From NCBI GenBank assembly GCA_963749705.1, contig CAVVNQ010000003.1, positions 256,001-320,000 on the forward strand: a stretch of 64,000 nucleotides of DNA, written 5' to 3'. Below, in pieces: positions 49,681 through 59,677 of this stretch. The translations under genes and the position numbers were made by a program. The stretch is from an uncultured Chloroflexia bacterium (GTDB lineage Bacteria; Chloroflexota; Limnocylindria; Limnocylindrales; CSP1-4). Under the pieces are notes generated by a model, which was given only the letters and a program-made list of their open reading frames with translations, did not search any database and was not told the origin of the DNA. Within the stretch, counting starts at the first letter, position 1, and every line of letters begins with the position of its first letter.

Positions 49681-50076
49681 ATGGACGACCTGTACCGCGA
49701 CTACATCCTCGAGCACTATCGGCGACCCCACAACTTCGGGGTCCTCGACGAGCCGTCCGCGACCCATGAGGGCGCGAACCCGTTGTGCGGCGACCGGATC
49801 ACGATGCAGCTGACGATCCGCGACGGCGTCGTCGAGGACATCGGGTTCACCGGCCGCGGCTGCGCGATCAGCCAGGCCTCGGCCTCCCTGCTGACCGACG
49901 AGATCAAGGGCAAGCCCGTGGCCGACGCGGCCGACTTCGGTGCGGCCGACCTGCTCGACCTGCTCGGGATCGACATCAGTCCGGCCAGGCTCAAGTGCGC
50001 GATGCTCAGCTTCGACTCCCTGCAACACCTGCTCGACGAGGTCGGCGCGAAGCCGCTCGTGAAGGAGCAGGGCTGA
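49681..50076 (+). CDS. sufU: SufU/NifU-like sulfur-transfer protein
   Basis: LYRDYILEHYRRPHNFG, NPLCGD, GCAISQASAS, RLKCAML. Confidence 0.93.
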   Translation: MDDLYRDYILEHYRRPHNFGVLDEPSATHEGANPLCGDRITMQLTIRDGVVEDIGFTGRGCAISQASASLLTDEIKGKPVADAADFGAADLLDLLGIDISPARLKCAMLSFDSLQHLLDEVGAKPLVKEQG

Positions 50077-50108
50077 TGCGCCGCTGCGCGTGTCGCCGGC
50101 CGGCCTGA
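50076..50108 (+). CDS. Putative Cys-containing leader peptide MRRCACRRPA
   Basis: TGATG overlap with the sufU stop; RCAC core shared with the sORF at 19457; precedes moeZ-cysO-cysM-mec. Confidence 0.6.
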   Translation: MRRCACRRPA

Positions 50109-50220
50109 CGCCGGCACGTCCCCGGCATCCGTCGGCGCGAACCACGCGCACCCGACCGGGAGCCCCCGACCCATCGTCCCCGCCCCGCCGTTCCACCGGC
50201 GGCCCGTCGTCCATCGGAGC

Positions 50221-51426
50221 ATGAACTCTCCAATGCCCAAGACCTATGCCGAGCTCCTCCGCGAGGCCCGCAGCGAGATCCGTGAGGTCACGCCGGCCGA
50301 GACGGATGCGCTGCGCCAGCGCGGCGGCATCGCGCTGATCGACGTCCGCGAGACGTCCGAGTGGGAGCAGGGCCACCTGCCCGGCGCGACCCACGTGTCC
50401 AAGAGCTACCTCGAGCAGGAGATCGAGGCCGCGGTCCCGAAGCGGGACACGCCCGTGGTCCTGTACTGCGCAGGTGGCATTCGCTCGCTGTTCGCCGGCC
50501 AGACGCTGGCGGCGATGGGCTACACGGATGTCGCCTCGATGACCGGCGGCTTCCAGGCCTGGAAGGGGCAGGGTCTCGACTGGACCCAGCCGGTCGTGCT
50601 CAGCGACCAGCAGAAGCTGCGCTACAGCCGTCACCTGCTGATCCCCGAGGTGGGGTCGGCCGGCCAGGCGAGGCTGCTGGGCTCGAAGGCGCTGCTGATC
50701 GGCGCCGGCGGGCTCGGGTCGCCGGCCTCGCTGTACCTCGCGGCCGCGGGCGTGGGCACGATCGGGATCGTCGACTTCGACGTCGTCGACCTGTCGAACC
50801 TCCAGCGCCAGGTCGTCCACACCAGCGACCGCGTGGGGGAGAAGAAGGTCGAGTCCGCACGCAGGACGCTGACCGCGCTCAATCCCGACGTGACCGTGGT
50901 CGCCCACGAGGAGATGCTGGTCGCGGACAACGTGGAGCGGATCATCGCCGGCTACGACGTCATCCTCGACGGCACCGACACGTTCGAGACGCGGTACATC
51001 CTCAACGACGCCGCGGTGGCGGCCGGGATCCCCGTCGTCCACGCGTCGGTGTTCCGGTTCGAGGGCCAGCTCACGACCTTCGTCCCGTACGAGGGCCCGT
51101 GCTACCGCTGCCTGTACCCGACGCCGCCGCCGCCCGAGCTCGCCCCCGGCTGCTCGGTGGCCGGGGTGCTGGGCGTGGTACCCGGGATCATGGGACTCCT
51201 CCAGGCGAACGAGGTGCTCAAGCTGCTGCTGGGGATCGGCGAGACGCTGGCCGGCCGGCTGCTGCTGTTCGACGCCCTCGAGACCGAGTTCACGGAGCTC
51301 AAGCTGCGGCGCGATCCGCACTGCCCGGTCTGCTCGGACGAGGCCCGGGCCGCGCGGGACGCGGGGACGCCGATCGCGGCTCCGGCCTACGGCGAGGGCG
51401 TGTTCACGCTCGGAGGATCGAGGTGA
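50221..51426 (+). CDS. moeZ: Rhodanese-ThiF/MoeB fusion (MoeZ-like sulfur-carrier activating enzyme)
   Basis: N-terminal DVRE..EW..GHLPG/YCAGGIRS; RYSRHLL, GAGGLGSP, SNLQRQ, CYRC, CPVC. Confidence 0.92.
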   Translation: MNSPMPKTYAELLREARSEIREVTPAETDALRQRGGIALIDVRETSEWEQGHLPGATHVSKSYLEQEIEAAVPKRDTPVVLYCAGGIRSLFAGQTLAAMGYTDVASMTGGFQAWKGQGLDWTQPVVLSDQQKLRYSRHLLIPEVGSAGQARLLGSKALLIGAGGLGSPASLYLAAAGVGTIGIVDFDVVDLSNLQRQVVHTSDRVGEKKVESARRTLTALNPDVTVVAHEEMLVADNVERIIAGYDVILDGTDTFETRYILNDAAVAAGIPVVHASVFRFEGQLTTFVPYEGPCYRCLYPTPPPPELAPGCSVAGVLGVVPGIMGLLQANEVLKLLLGIGETLAGRLLLFDALETEFTELKLRRDPHCPVCSDEARAARDAGTPIAAPAYGEGVFTLGGSR

Positions 51427-51710
51427 GCACGGTCAAGTTTCCCGCCGTGCTCCGCGCGAACGTCGGCGGCGCGCGCGAGGTTGACGCCGCCGGGTCCACG
51501 ATCGGCGAGGTGCTCGACACGCTCGTGTCGACCTATCCGTCATTGCGCGACCAGCTGTTCACCGACGACGGCGAGCTCAACCGGTTCGTCAACGTGTACG
51601 TGAACGGGCAGGACGTGCGCTACCTCGACGGTCGCAGGACGGCGGTCGCCGAGTCGGACGAGGTCCGGCTGCTGCCCGCGATGGCCGGTGGAGCCGGCGA
51701 GGCGAGGTGA
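51423..51710 (+). CDS. cysO: Ubiquitin-like sulfur carrier (MoaD/ThiS/CysO) with GG masked by an AGEAR tail
   Basis: RFVNVYVNGQDVRYL, LPAMAGG-AGEAR*; GTGA overlap. Confidence 0.85.
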   Translation: MSTVKFPAVLRANVGGAREVDAAGSTIGEVLDTLVSTYPSLRDQLFTDDGELNRFVNVYVNGQDVRYLDGRRTAVAESDEVRLLPAMAGGAGEAR

Positions 51711-51726
51711 CGCCGGGCGCGGCGGG

Positions 51727-52722
51727 GTGACCGCCGCCGACCACATCCACGCGCAGGCGCATGACGCCGTCGAGCGCCACGGCGGACGGTACGAGTCGAT
51801 CCTCGACGCCGTCGGTCATACGCCGCTGGTCGCGATCCCGCGGATGAGCCCCAACCCGCGCGTGGCGATCTACGCAAAGCTCGAGATGTACAACCCGACG
51901 GGGTCCGTCAAGGACCGCGCCGCGAAGTACCTCGTCGAGGACCTCGAGCGGCGCGGGCTGCTCCAGCCGGACTCGATCATCCTCGAGCCGACGTCGGGGA
52001 ACACCGGGATCGCGCTGGCCATGATCGGGCGGCGCAAGGGATACCGGGTGGCGCTGGTCATGCCCGACAACGTGACGATGGAGCGCCGCCAGGTGGCCGC
52101 CCTGTTCGGCGCCGAGATCATCGACTCGCCCGGGCGCCTCGGGTCCAACGGGGCGATTGCGATGGCCAAGGAGCTGTGCGCGAGCGATCCCCGGTTCGTG
52201 ATGCCCTACCAGTACGGCAACCCGGCCAACCCGCTGGCGCACTACGAGACGACCGGGCCGGAGATCCTGGCCGACTGCCCGGAGATCGACGTGTTCGTGG
52301 CGGGGCTGGGGACGTCGGGGACGCTGATGGGCACCGGGCGGTATCTGCGCGAGCACAAGCCGGGGGTAAGGATCGTCGCCGCGGAGCCGCTCCCCGGGGA
52401 AAACGTGCAGGGCCTGCGGTCGCTCGAGGAAGGCTTCGTGCCCGAGATCCTCGACCCCGAGATGCTCGATGCGAAGTACCTCGTGTCGAACCGGGATGCG
52501 GTCGCAGCCCTGCGGGACCTGGTGTTCCGGGAGGGCGTGTTCGCGGGCCCGTCCTGCGGCGCGGTGCTGGTCGCCGCGGCGCGCGAGGCCCGCACGATGG
52601 AGTCCGGCACGATCGTGGCGCTCCTGCCCGACGGCGGCTGGAAGTACCTCTCGGCCGGCACGTTCGAGCGCGCCCTGGACGAGATGGAGGACGATTTCGA
52701 GGGCGGGGTCAACTGGTGGTGA
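51727..52722 (+). CDS. cysM: PLP-dependent cysteine synthase (CysM-like)
   Basis: NPTGSVKDR, EPTSGNTGI, GLGTSGT, PDGGWKYLS; context with cysO and mec. Confidence 0.9.
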   Translation: MTAADHIHAQAHDAVERHGGRYESILDAVGHTPLVAIPRMSPNPRVAIYAKLEMYNPTGSVKDRAAKYLVEDLERRGLLQPDSIILEPTSGNTGIALAMIGRRKGYRVALVMPDNVTMERRQVAALFGAEIIDSPGRLGSNGAIAMAKELCASDPRFVMPYQYGNPANPLAHYETTGPEILADCPEIDVFVAGLGTSGTLMGTGRYLREHKPGVRIVAAEPLPGENVQGLRSLEEGFVPEILDPEMLDAKYLVSNRDAVAALRDLVFREGVFAGPSCGAVLVAAAREARTMESGTIVALLPDGGWKYLSAGTFERALDEMEDDFEGGVNWW

Positions 52723-53183
52723 GCCCGTCGTCTTCGCCTCAGGGTCCCTCGTCTGTCCGCCTGCCCCGCCGGATCGCGAATGCGATCGTGGACCAGGCGC
52801 GAGCCGAGTACCCGAACGAGGCGTGCGGGCTGGTGGTTGGGACCGCGCCGGCGGCCGACAACGGGACTCCGGTCCGCTACGAACCGTGCCGGAACAAGGC
52901 TGCGTCGCCGTATCGCTACGAGATCCACCCCGACGACCTGCTCCGGATCACCGTTGCGACGGACGATGCGGATGAGGTGTTCTGGGCGATCGTCCACTCG
53001 CACGTGAAGTCGCCGGCGGTGCCGTCCCCGACCGACATCGGGCTCGCGTTCTATCCCGACGCGCTGTACATCCTCGTGTCGCTCAGCGCGATCGAGGCCG
53101 AACCCGCCACGGGTGCCCCGTCCCTGCGTGCGTGGCGGATCGTGAACGGCGAGACGCACGAGGTCGGCCTGGAGGTCGTATGA
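52719..53183 (+). CDS. mec: JAMM/MPN+ (M67) peptidase Mec
   Basis: YPNEACGL, HSH...A.PS.TD JAMM motif. Confidence 0.9.
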   Translation: MSPSSSPQGPSSVRLPRRIANAIVDQARAEYPNEACGLVVGTAPAADNGTPVRYEPCRNKAASPYRYEIHPDDLLRITVATDDADEVFWAIVHSHVKSPAVPSPTDIGLAFYPDALYILVSLSAIEAEPATGAPSLRAWRIVNGETHEVGLEVV

Positions 53184-53741
53184 GCGTCGACCGGGACGCG
53201 TCCCACCCCGACCTGCCCGAGGGCGTCGCGGCGCTGACCGGGGCCCGTGTGCGACTTGTCCCGGCGACCGACGAGCACATCCCGGCGTTCACCAAGCTGT
53301 TCTCCGACCCGACCGTTCGACGCTGGTGGCCGGCACCCGATCCCGCCGCCGAAGCGCGCGAGCACGTGGCACCGGAGGCCAAGCGCGCCGTATGGGCGAT
53401 CGAGGCCGATTCCCAGGTCGTCGGCCTCATCCAGGCGTGGGAGGAGACCGAGCCTGGCTACCGGCACGCGGGGATCGACCTCTCGCTGCTCGGATCGGCG
53501 CAGGGGCTTGGGCTCGGCCCCGATGCCGTCCGAACGGTCGCCCGTTGGCTGTTCGAGCGTCCGACGGCATCACCGGATCACCATCGATCCCAGCGCGACC
53601 AACGACCACGCGATCCGGGCCTACGACAAGGTCGGGTTCCGGCCCGTCGGCGTGATGCGTCGCTATGAGCGCGGCCCGGACGGCACCTGGCACGACGGCC
53701 TCCTGATGGACCTGCTCCCCGAGGACCTGGCTGATGACTGA
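53180..53741 (+). pseudogene. AAC(6')-like GNAT acetyltransferase with an apparent frameshift near 53557
   Basis: Frame 1 to YRHAGIDL..WLFE; continues in another frame RRHHRITIDP..NDHAIRAYDKVGF..WHDGLLMDLL. Confidence 0.75.
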
Positions 53742-54198
53742 GCCGCTCGATCGCGCCCGTGAACGCATCGACCTCGGCCGCAAACCGGTCGACCGCGGCC
53801 GTCTCGGATGGCTCGCGTTCGGGCTCCTGGCGTTCGGGGGCGGAAGCCTGCTCGGCTGGAACGGCTCGCTGCTCGAGGCGCTGGCGACACCGCCCGCCCT
53901 CGTCCGGGCGGGCCTCGTGGGCGCCGCGGTCGTCGTCGGGCTCGCCCTGGTCGCACGCGCCGTGCAATCGCTCGAGACCGGTCGCGGCCGGGCGACCGGC
54001 GAGCTCGGCGCCCGGGACCTGGCCGCCCTCGTCCGTGGCGCGCGATACGTCTTCCTCGCGGTCGCGGCCTTCGCCGCAGCCATCGGCTGGCTCGTCGGCC
54101 ACCCGCTTCCGTTCGTCGTTGCGCTCGTCATCGCCGGTGTCGACGTGCTCGAGACGTCCTTCCTGATGCTCGTGGTCACCCTGCGTCGCGATCTCTAG
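53734..54198 (+). CDS. Hypothetical 4-TM membrane protein
   Basis: Hydrophobic helices; overlaps the previous gene's end; GC3 bias. Confidence 0.7.
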   Translation: MTEPLDRARERIDLGRKPVDRGRLGWLAFGLLAFGGGSLLGWNGSLLEALATPPALVRAGLVGAAVVVGLALVARAVQSLETGRGRATGELGARDLAALVRGARYVFLAVAAFAAAIGWLVGHPLPFVVALVIAGVDVLETSFLMLVVTLRRDL

Positions 54199-54230
54199 GC
54201 CGGCGCGCGGCGAAAACCACCCCGGTTCCT

Positions 54231-54939
54231 GATGAGCGTCGCCGCATCACCCGGGGGCGGCGGCGGGGCGGGTGAGGCTCGGCCCGACATGGCGTCCCGA
54301 CCGCCGACGCAGTCCCGAACCAATCACTCCCACCTGCGATGAGCGTCGCCGCATCACCCCGAGGTGCCGCCCGCCCGCTGGAAGGACGGCCGCTGATCCG
54401 AGCGCGCCCCTCGAGGTCGGCAAGTGAGATCTCACCTTGGTTCACGTGCGTCGGCAGCCACATCACGCGGGAGACGCAAGATCACCGGTGGCGGCGGCAT
54501 CGGCCCCATCGAACCCCGGTCGGAGAGCTCGTCGAGCACGAGCACGAGCCGCGCCAGGCGATGCGATCCGAGCCCTTCCAGGCCGCGCTCGGCCCGCGAC
54601 AGCCCACCCTGATCGACGCCCGCCTGGGACGCCAGTGACCGCTGGGATACGCCTGCCTGGCGTCGCCAGCGCGCGATCCATGCCCCCAATACGATCCTGG
54701 CCGCGGCATCGTCGAGGTCCCACATCGGCGAATCACAGCACGCGTCTCTTACCCGCGACTTCCGAGCTGCCCACTCGCACGACGTGATGCGCGGACGCTC
54801 ATCGCGGACGGCAGTGACTTGGCCAGCGCCTGATCACATGCCGTCGCCGGCGCCAGCCTGACCTCCACCTGCAATGGCCTTGAGGCCATCCTCCCACCCG
54901 AGGTGATGCGCCGACGCTCATCGAGGACGGCAGTGAGTT
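54231..54939. repeat. Four copies of a GATGAGCGTCnnCGCATCAC motif: two direct (54231, 54338) and two inverted (54784, 54902)
   Basis: Read directly; similarity extends to about 37 bp including an upstream AAnTCACTnCC segment. Confidence 0.85.
54432..54725 (-). CDS. Small XRE-family HTH protein
   Basis: LGAWIARWRRQAGVSQRSLASQAGVDQGGLSRAERG. Confidence 0.75.
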   Translation of the reverse strand: MWDLDDAAARIVLGAWIARWRRQAGVSQRSLASQAGVDQGGLSRAERGLEGLGSHRLARLVLVLDELSDRGSMGPMPPPPVILRLPRDVAADAREPR

Positions 54940-55045
54940 CCCGACCGACGAGAGCCGCGCGACCGACGGGGATCCGGAACGGTCGCGACCAAACCCATCC
55001 CGGAGGTAGGCTTGGCCGTGGACCCCATCGAACCGGAGGAGACGC

Positions 55046-57443
55046 ATGAGCGCCGGTGACACCCGCCCGACATCGACCCCTGCGGGACCACTTTCCGAGG
55101 ACGAGCTGCGCCGGATCGACGCCTACTGGCGCGCCGCCAACTACCTCTCCGTCGGTCAGATCTACCTGCTGGACAACCCGCTGCTTCGCGAACCCCTGGG
55201 ACCCCGGCACGTGAAGCCCAGGCTGCTGGGCCACTGGGGGACGACACCGGGCCTGAACTTCATCTACGCCCACATGAACCGGGTGATCCGGAACTGGGAC
55301 CTGGACGCGATCTACATCACCGGGCCCGGGCACGGCGGCCCCGCGATCGTGGCCAATGCCTATCTCGAGGGCACGTACAGCGAGGTCTACCCCAGCATCA
55401 CCCGGGACGAGGACGGAATGCGGCGGCTGTTCCGCCAGTTCTCGTTCCCGGGCGGGATCCCGAGCCACGTCGCGCCCGAGACGCCGGGATCGATCCACGA
55501 GGGGGGCGAGCTCGGGTACGCGCTGTCGCACGCCTACGGCGCCGCGTTCGACAACCCGGACCTCGTCGTGTGCGCGGTGGTCGGCGACGGGGAGGCGGAG
55601 ACGGGGCCGCTGGCCACGAGCTGGCACTCCAACAAGTTCGTGAACCCGGTCCGCGACGGAGCGGTCCTGCCCATCCTCCACCTGAACGGCTACAAGATCG
55701 CCAACCCGACGGTGCTCGCGCGCATCCCGCAGGCGGAGCTCCAGGCCCTCATGGAGGGCTACGGCCACAAGCCGTACTTCGTCGAGGGCGACGACCCGGC
55801 CAGCGTCCACCAGCAGCTCGCGGCGACGATGGACACGGTGATCGAGGAGATCCAGGCGATCCAGAAGGCGGCCCGCGAGGGTGGCGTCACGGAGCGCCCG
55901 CGGTGGCCGATGATCGTGTTCAAGACGCCCAAGGGCTGGACGGGCCCGAAGGAGGTCGACGGCAAGCCGGTCGAGGGGACGTGGCGGTCGCACCAGGTCC
56001 CGATGGCCGAGGTTCGGACGAACGAGGACCACCGCGCCATCCTCGAGGCGTGGCTGCGGAGCTACCACCCCGAGGAGCTGTTCGACGAAACCGGCGCGCT
56101 GATCCCCGAGCTCGCATCGCTGCCGCCCAAGAGCTACCGGCGGATGAGCGCCAACCCCGTCGCCAACGGCGGCGAGCTGCTCCGCGACCTGGTCCTGCCG
56201 GACTTCCGCGACTACGCCGTCGACGTGCCGTCACCCGGCGCGACGACCTCCGAGGCGACCCGGGTCCTCGGCACCTACCTGCGCGACGTGATCGACCACA
56301 ACCGTGAGACGTTCCGCGTGTTCGGACCCGACGAGACGCAGTCGAACCGGCTGGGAGCCGTGTTCGAGGCGACCGACCGCCAGTTCGACGCCGAGATCCT
56401 GCCCACCGACGAGTCCCAGGCGCCGGAAGGCCGGGTGATGGAGGTCCTCTCGGAGCACCAGTGCCAGGGCTGGCTCGAGGGCTACCTGCTCACCGGCCGA
56501 CACGGCCTGTTCAACTGCTACGAGGCGTTCATCCACATCGTCGACTCGATGTTCAACCAGCATGCGAAGTGGCTCAAGGTGACCCGGGACATCCCGTGGC
56601 GGCGCCCGATCGCCTCGCTCAACTACGTGCTCAGCTCGCTCGTCTGGCGGCAGGACCACAACGGGTTCTCGCACCAGGACCCGGGCTTCATCGATCACGT
56701 GGTCAACAAGAAGGCCGACGTCATCCGCGTCTACCTGCCGCCGGACGCGAACACGCTCCTGTCGGTCGGGGATCACTGCCTGCGCAGCCGCCACTACGTC
56801 AACGTGATCGTCGCCGGCAAGCAGCCGGCCCCGAACTGGCTGGCCGATGGACCAGGCGATCCTCCACTGCACCCGCGGGATCGGGATCTGGGACTGGGCG
56901 AGCAACGACCAGGGCGGCGAGCCGGACGTCGTCATCGCATGCGCCGGGGACATCCCGACCCTCGAGGCGCTGGCCGCCGTCGACCTGATCCGCACCCACC
57001 TGCCGGAGCTCAAGGTCCGGTTCATCAACGTCGTGGACCTGATGCGGCTCCAGGACGAGAAGGAGCACCCGCACGGGCTGTCCAACGCCGAGTTCGATGC
57101 GCTGTTCACGACGGACAAGCCGATCGTGTTCGCCTATCACGGCTACCCGTGGCTGATCCACCGCCTCACCTACCGCCGGACGAACCATGCCAACCTGCAC
57201 GTCCGCGGCTACAAGGAGGAAGGGACGACGACCACGCCGTTCGACATGGTGATGCTCAACGACCTCGACCGGTTCCACCTCGTGATCGACGCGATCGACC
57301 GGGTTCCGGGTCTCGGACCAAGGGCCGGCCACGTGCGCCAGCTGATGGTCGACAAGCGGATCGAGGCCCGGGCGTACACCCGGCTCGAGGGCGAGGACGC
57401 GCCCGAGATCGCGAACTGGGCCTGGCCGCAGCCGGCCGGCTGA
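55046..57443 (+). CDS. xfp: Xylulose-5P/fructose-6P phosphoketolase (apparent 1-nt frameshift near 56845)
   Basis: [41 protein letters not shown]; C-terminus ([15 protein letters not shown]) lies in ORF 56847-57443. Confidence 0.92.
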
Positions 57444-58571
57444 ATGACGCGATCAGCCCTTCCCGGCGGCGGGCGGATCCTCGTCGTCAACGCGGGATCG
57501 AGCAGCCTCAAGCTGCGGGTCCTCGACGATGGCGACGAGCTCGTGGGGTCCGCGGACCTGCCCGCGCCGAGGGGATCGACCGACGCGGCGGAGGTCGAGG
57601 CTGCGATCCGCGGCTTCGGTGCGGTCGCGGCGGTGGGCCATCGGATCGTGCACGGTGGGACGGTGTTCTCGAGCCCGGTCCGGATCGATGCCCGGGTGAT
57701 CGCCCGCCTCGAGGCCCTCACGGACCTCGCGCCGCTCCACCAGCCAAAGTCGCTCGCGGCCCTCGCGGCGGTCAGCGCGGTCATCCCCGACGTGCCCGCC
57801 GTCGCGTGCTTCGACACCGCGTTCCACGCCACGCTGCCGGCGGCCGCGTCCACGTACGCCCTGCCGCCCGAATGGCGCAAGCGCTGGGACCTGCGGCGAT
57901 ACGGGTTCCACGGTCTGTCGCACGCCTATGCGACGCGTCGCGCCGCACAGCTCCTCGGACGACCGGTCGCGGACCTCCGCCTGGTCACCTGCCACCTCGG
58001 CGCGGGTGCCTCGCTGGCCGCGGTCGCGGGCGGGCGCTCGGTCGACACGACGATGGGCTTCACACCGCTCGAGGGCCTGGTGATGGCGACCCGGTCCGGG
58101 AGCGTCGATCCGGGCCTCGTGCTGTGGCTTGCCGAGCACGTCGGGATGCCGCCGGCCGAGCTCGCCGCGACGCTCGAGCGCCGGTCGGGGCTGCTGGGGC
58201 TGGCCGGGACCTCGGACATGCGGGTGATCCTCGCCGGCGCCGCCGCCGGAACGCCAGATGCGGCCCTCGCGCTCGACGTCTACGTCCACCGGCTGCGGGG
58301 GTCGATCGCGGCGATGACCGCAGCGTTGGGCGGGCTCGATGCGCTCGTGTTCACCGGCGGCGTCGGCGAGCGGGCGCCGCGGGTCCGCGCGATGGCGGCC
58401 GACGGGCTCGGCTTCCTCGGCGTCACCCTCGATCCATCACGCAACGACGAAGGCTCCGCCGATCGCGAGATCTCGCCCGACGGCGCGGGCGTCCGGGTGC
58501 TCGTCCTCGAGGCGCGCGAGGACCTCGAGATCGCGCACGAGGTGCGCGACGTGCTCGGCGGGCAGGGTTAG
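57444..58571 (+). CDS. ackA: Acetate kinase
   Basis: [55 protein letters not shown]. Confidence 0.93.
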   Translation: MTRSALPGGGRILVVNAGSSSLKLRVLDDGDELVGSADLPAPRGSTDAAEVEAAIRGFGAVAAVGHRIVHGGTVFSSPVRIDARVIARLEALTDLAPLHQPKSLAALAAVSAVIPDVPAVACFDTAFHATLPAAASTYALPPEWRKRWDLRRYGFHGLSHAYATRRAAQLLGRPVADLRLVTCHLGAGASLAAVAGGRSVDTTMGFTPLEGLVMATRSGSVDPGLVLWLAEHVGMPPAELAATLERRSGLLGLAGTSDMRVILAGAAAGTPDAALALDVYVHRLRGSIAAMTAALGGLDALVFTGGVGERAPRVRAMAADGLGFLGVTLDPSRNDEGSADREISPDGAGVRVLVLEAREDLEIAHEVRDVLGGQG

Positions 58572-58611
58572 CCGGGGATCGGCGCCGGGAGGAGCGTTCA
58601 GCGGTGGTCGA

Positions 58612-59517
58612 TCAGCCCTTCCGCTCGCGAACCACCAGCACCGAGCACGGAGCATGGAGCAGCACGTTGCGGGCCACGCTGCCCAGCAACAGCCTCGCGA
58701 GCCCGGTATGGCCGCGGGTGCCCATCACGATCGTGCCGATCCCGCGCTCGCCGGCAAACCGCACGATCTCGCCCGCGGCGTCACCCTCGAGCACGACCGG
58801 CTGCGCGTCCATGCCCAGGCCGCCCAGGCGTCCGGCCGCGGTGTCGGCCTCGATCCTGGTCTCCTCGCGAGCCTCGTCGACCGACCGCGTGTAGGAGGCG
58901 AGCACCTGGTCGTACAGCCCGGGCGTGAACCCGGCCGCGACGGGCACGGCGGTCTCGGCCACGGTCAGCACCGTCAGCGCGCGATGCTCGAAGATCGGCC
59001 ACGTGGCCAGCACTTCCTCGGCCGCGCGCGCTGAGCTCGAGCCGTCGTCGGCGAACGCGATCGGCCCCAGCGTCGCGCCGCGAGCGACGAGCACCGGGCA
59101 CGGGCCGTGATCGACGACCTCGGACGCCGTGCTGCCAAGGACCATCGTCGCGATCGTGCTGTGCCCCCGGCTGCCGACGACGATGAGGTCGGCCTCCATC
59201 CCCCGCCCCTCATCGACGATCGCGCTGGCGGGGCGGCCGCGAAGCAGGAACCCCTCCACCTTCGCGCCCGTTCGTTCGAGCGTCCGCTCGGCCCGGTCGA
59301 TCGCCTCGCGATGGTGGCGGGCCTCGACCTCCTCCTCGGTCTCGTGGGAGCGCGGTCCGGGCCCCGAGGACGCCCACGCGAGCGCCAGGACGTCGGCATA
59401 CGGCTGCTGGACGGAGACCACGCGGACGAGCGAGCCCGCGGGGAGCATGAAGCTGGCGACGAGCTCGGTCGCCCGGTCGCTGGAGACCGAGCCATCGACG
59501 GCAAGCAGGATTCGCAT
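58612..59517 (-). CDS. Tandem universal stress protein
   Basis: [21 protein letters not shown], second [16 protein letters not shown]. Confidence 0.92.
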   Translation of the reverse strand: MRILLAVDGSVSSDRATELVASFMLPAGSLVRVVSVQQPYADVLALAWASSGPGPRSHETEEEVEARHHREAIDRAERTLERTGAKVEGFLLRGRPASAIVDEGRGMEADLIVVGSRGHSTIATMVLGSTASEVVDHGPCPVLVARGATLGPIAFADDGSSSARAAEEVLATWPIFEHRALTVLTVAETAVPVAAGFTPGLYDQVLASYTRSVDEAREETRIEADTAAGRLGGLGMDAQPVVLEGDAAGEIVRFAGERGIGTIVMGTRGHTGLARLLLGSVARNVLLHAPCSVLVVRERKG

Positions 59518-59677
59518 CGGGAACCTCCGATCTCCACCAATCGTCGTGCGGCCGCCGGCTGCCCGGATCGGCCGAACGGCCCGATCACCGAGCCCGTTAT
59601 GCCCGCTCCACGGCGGGCCTCCGGGACGGGCCGGCCGACCGGCGCGGTCGACTCGATGGTACGGCCCGCGGCCAGGC

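Noticed and set aside
50221-53183. Ubiquitin-like E1/JAMM anti-phage system (CBASS/Bil-type)
   Set aside because: No E2 or nucleotidyltransferase; the presence of CysM identifies a sulfur-carrier cysteine pathway
54231-54939. CRISPR array interpretation of the four repeats
   Set aside because: Only two copies per orientation, spacers of about 70-100 bp, a gene in the middle, and no cas genes in the window
55046-58894. 1282-aa ORF as a giant phosphoketolase fusion
   Set aside because: Artifact of the frameshift near 56845; the tail is an out-of-frame read through the xfp C-terminus and ackA
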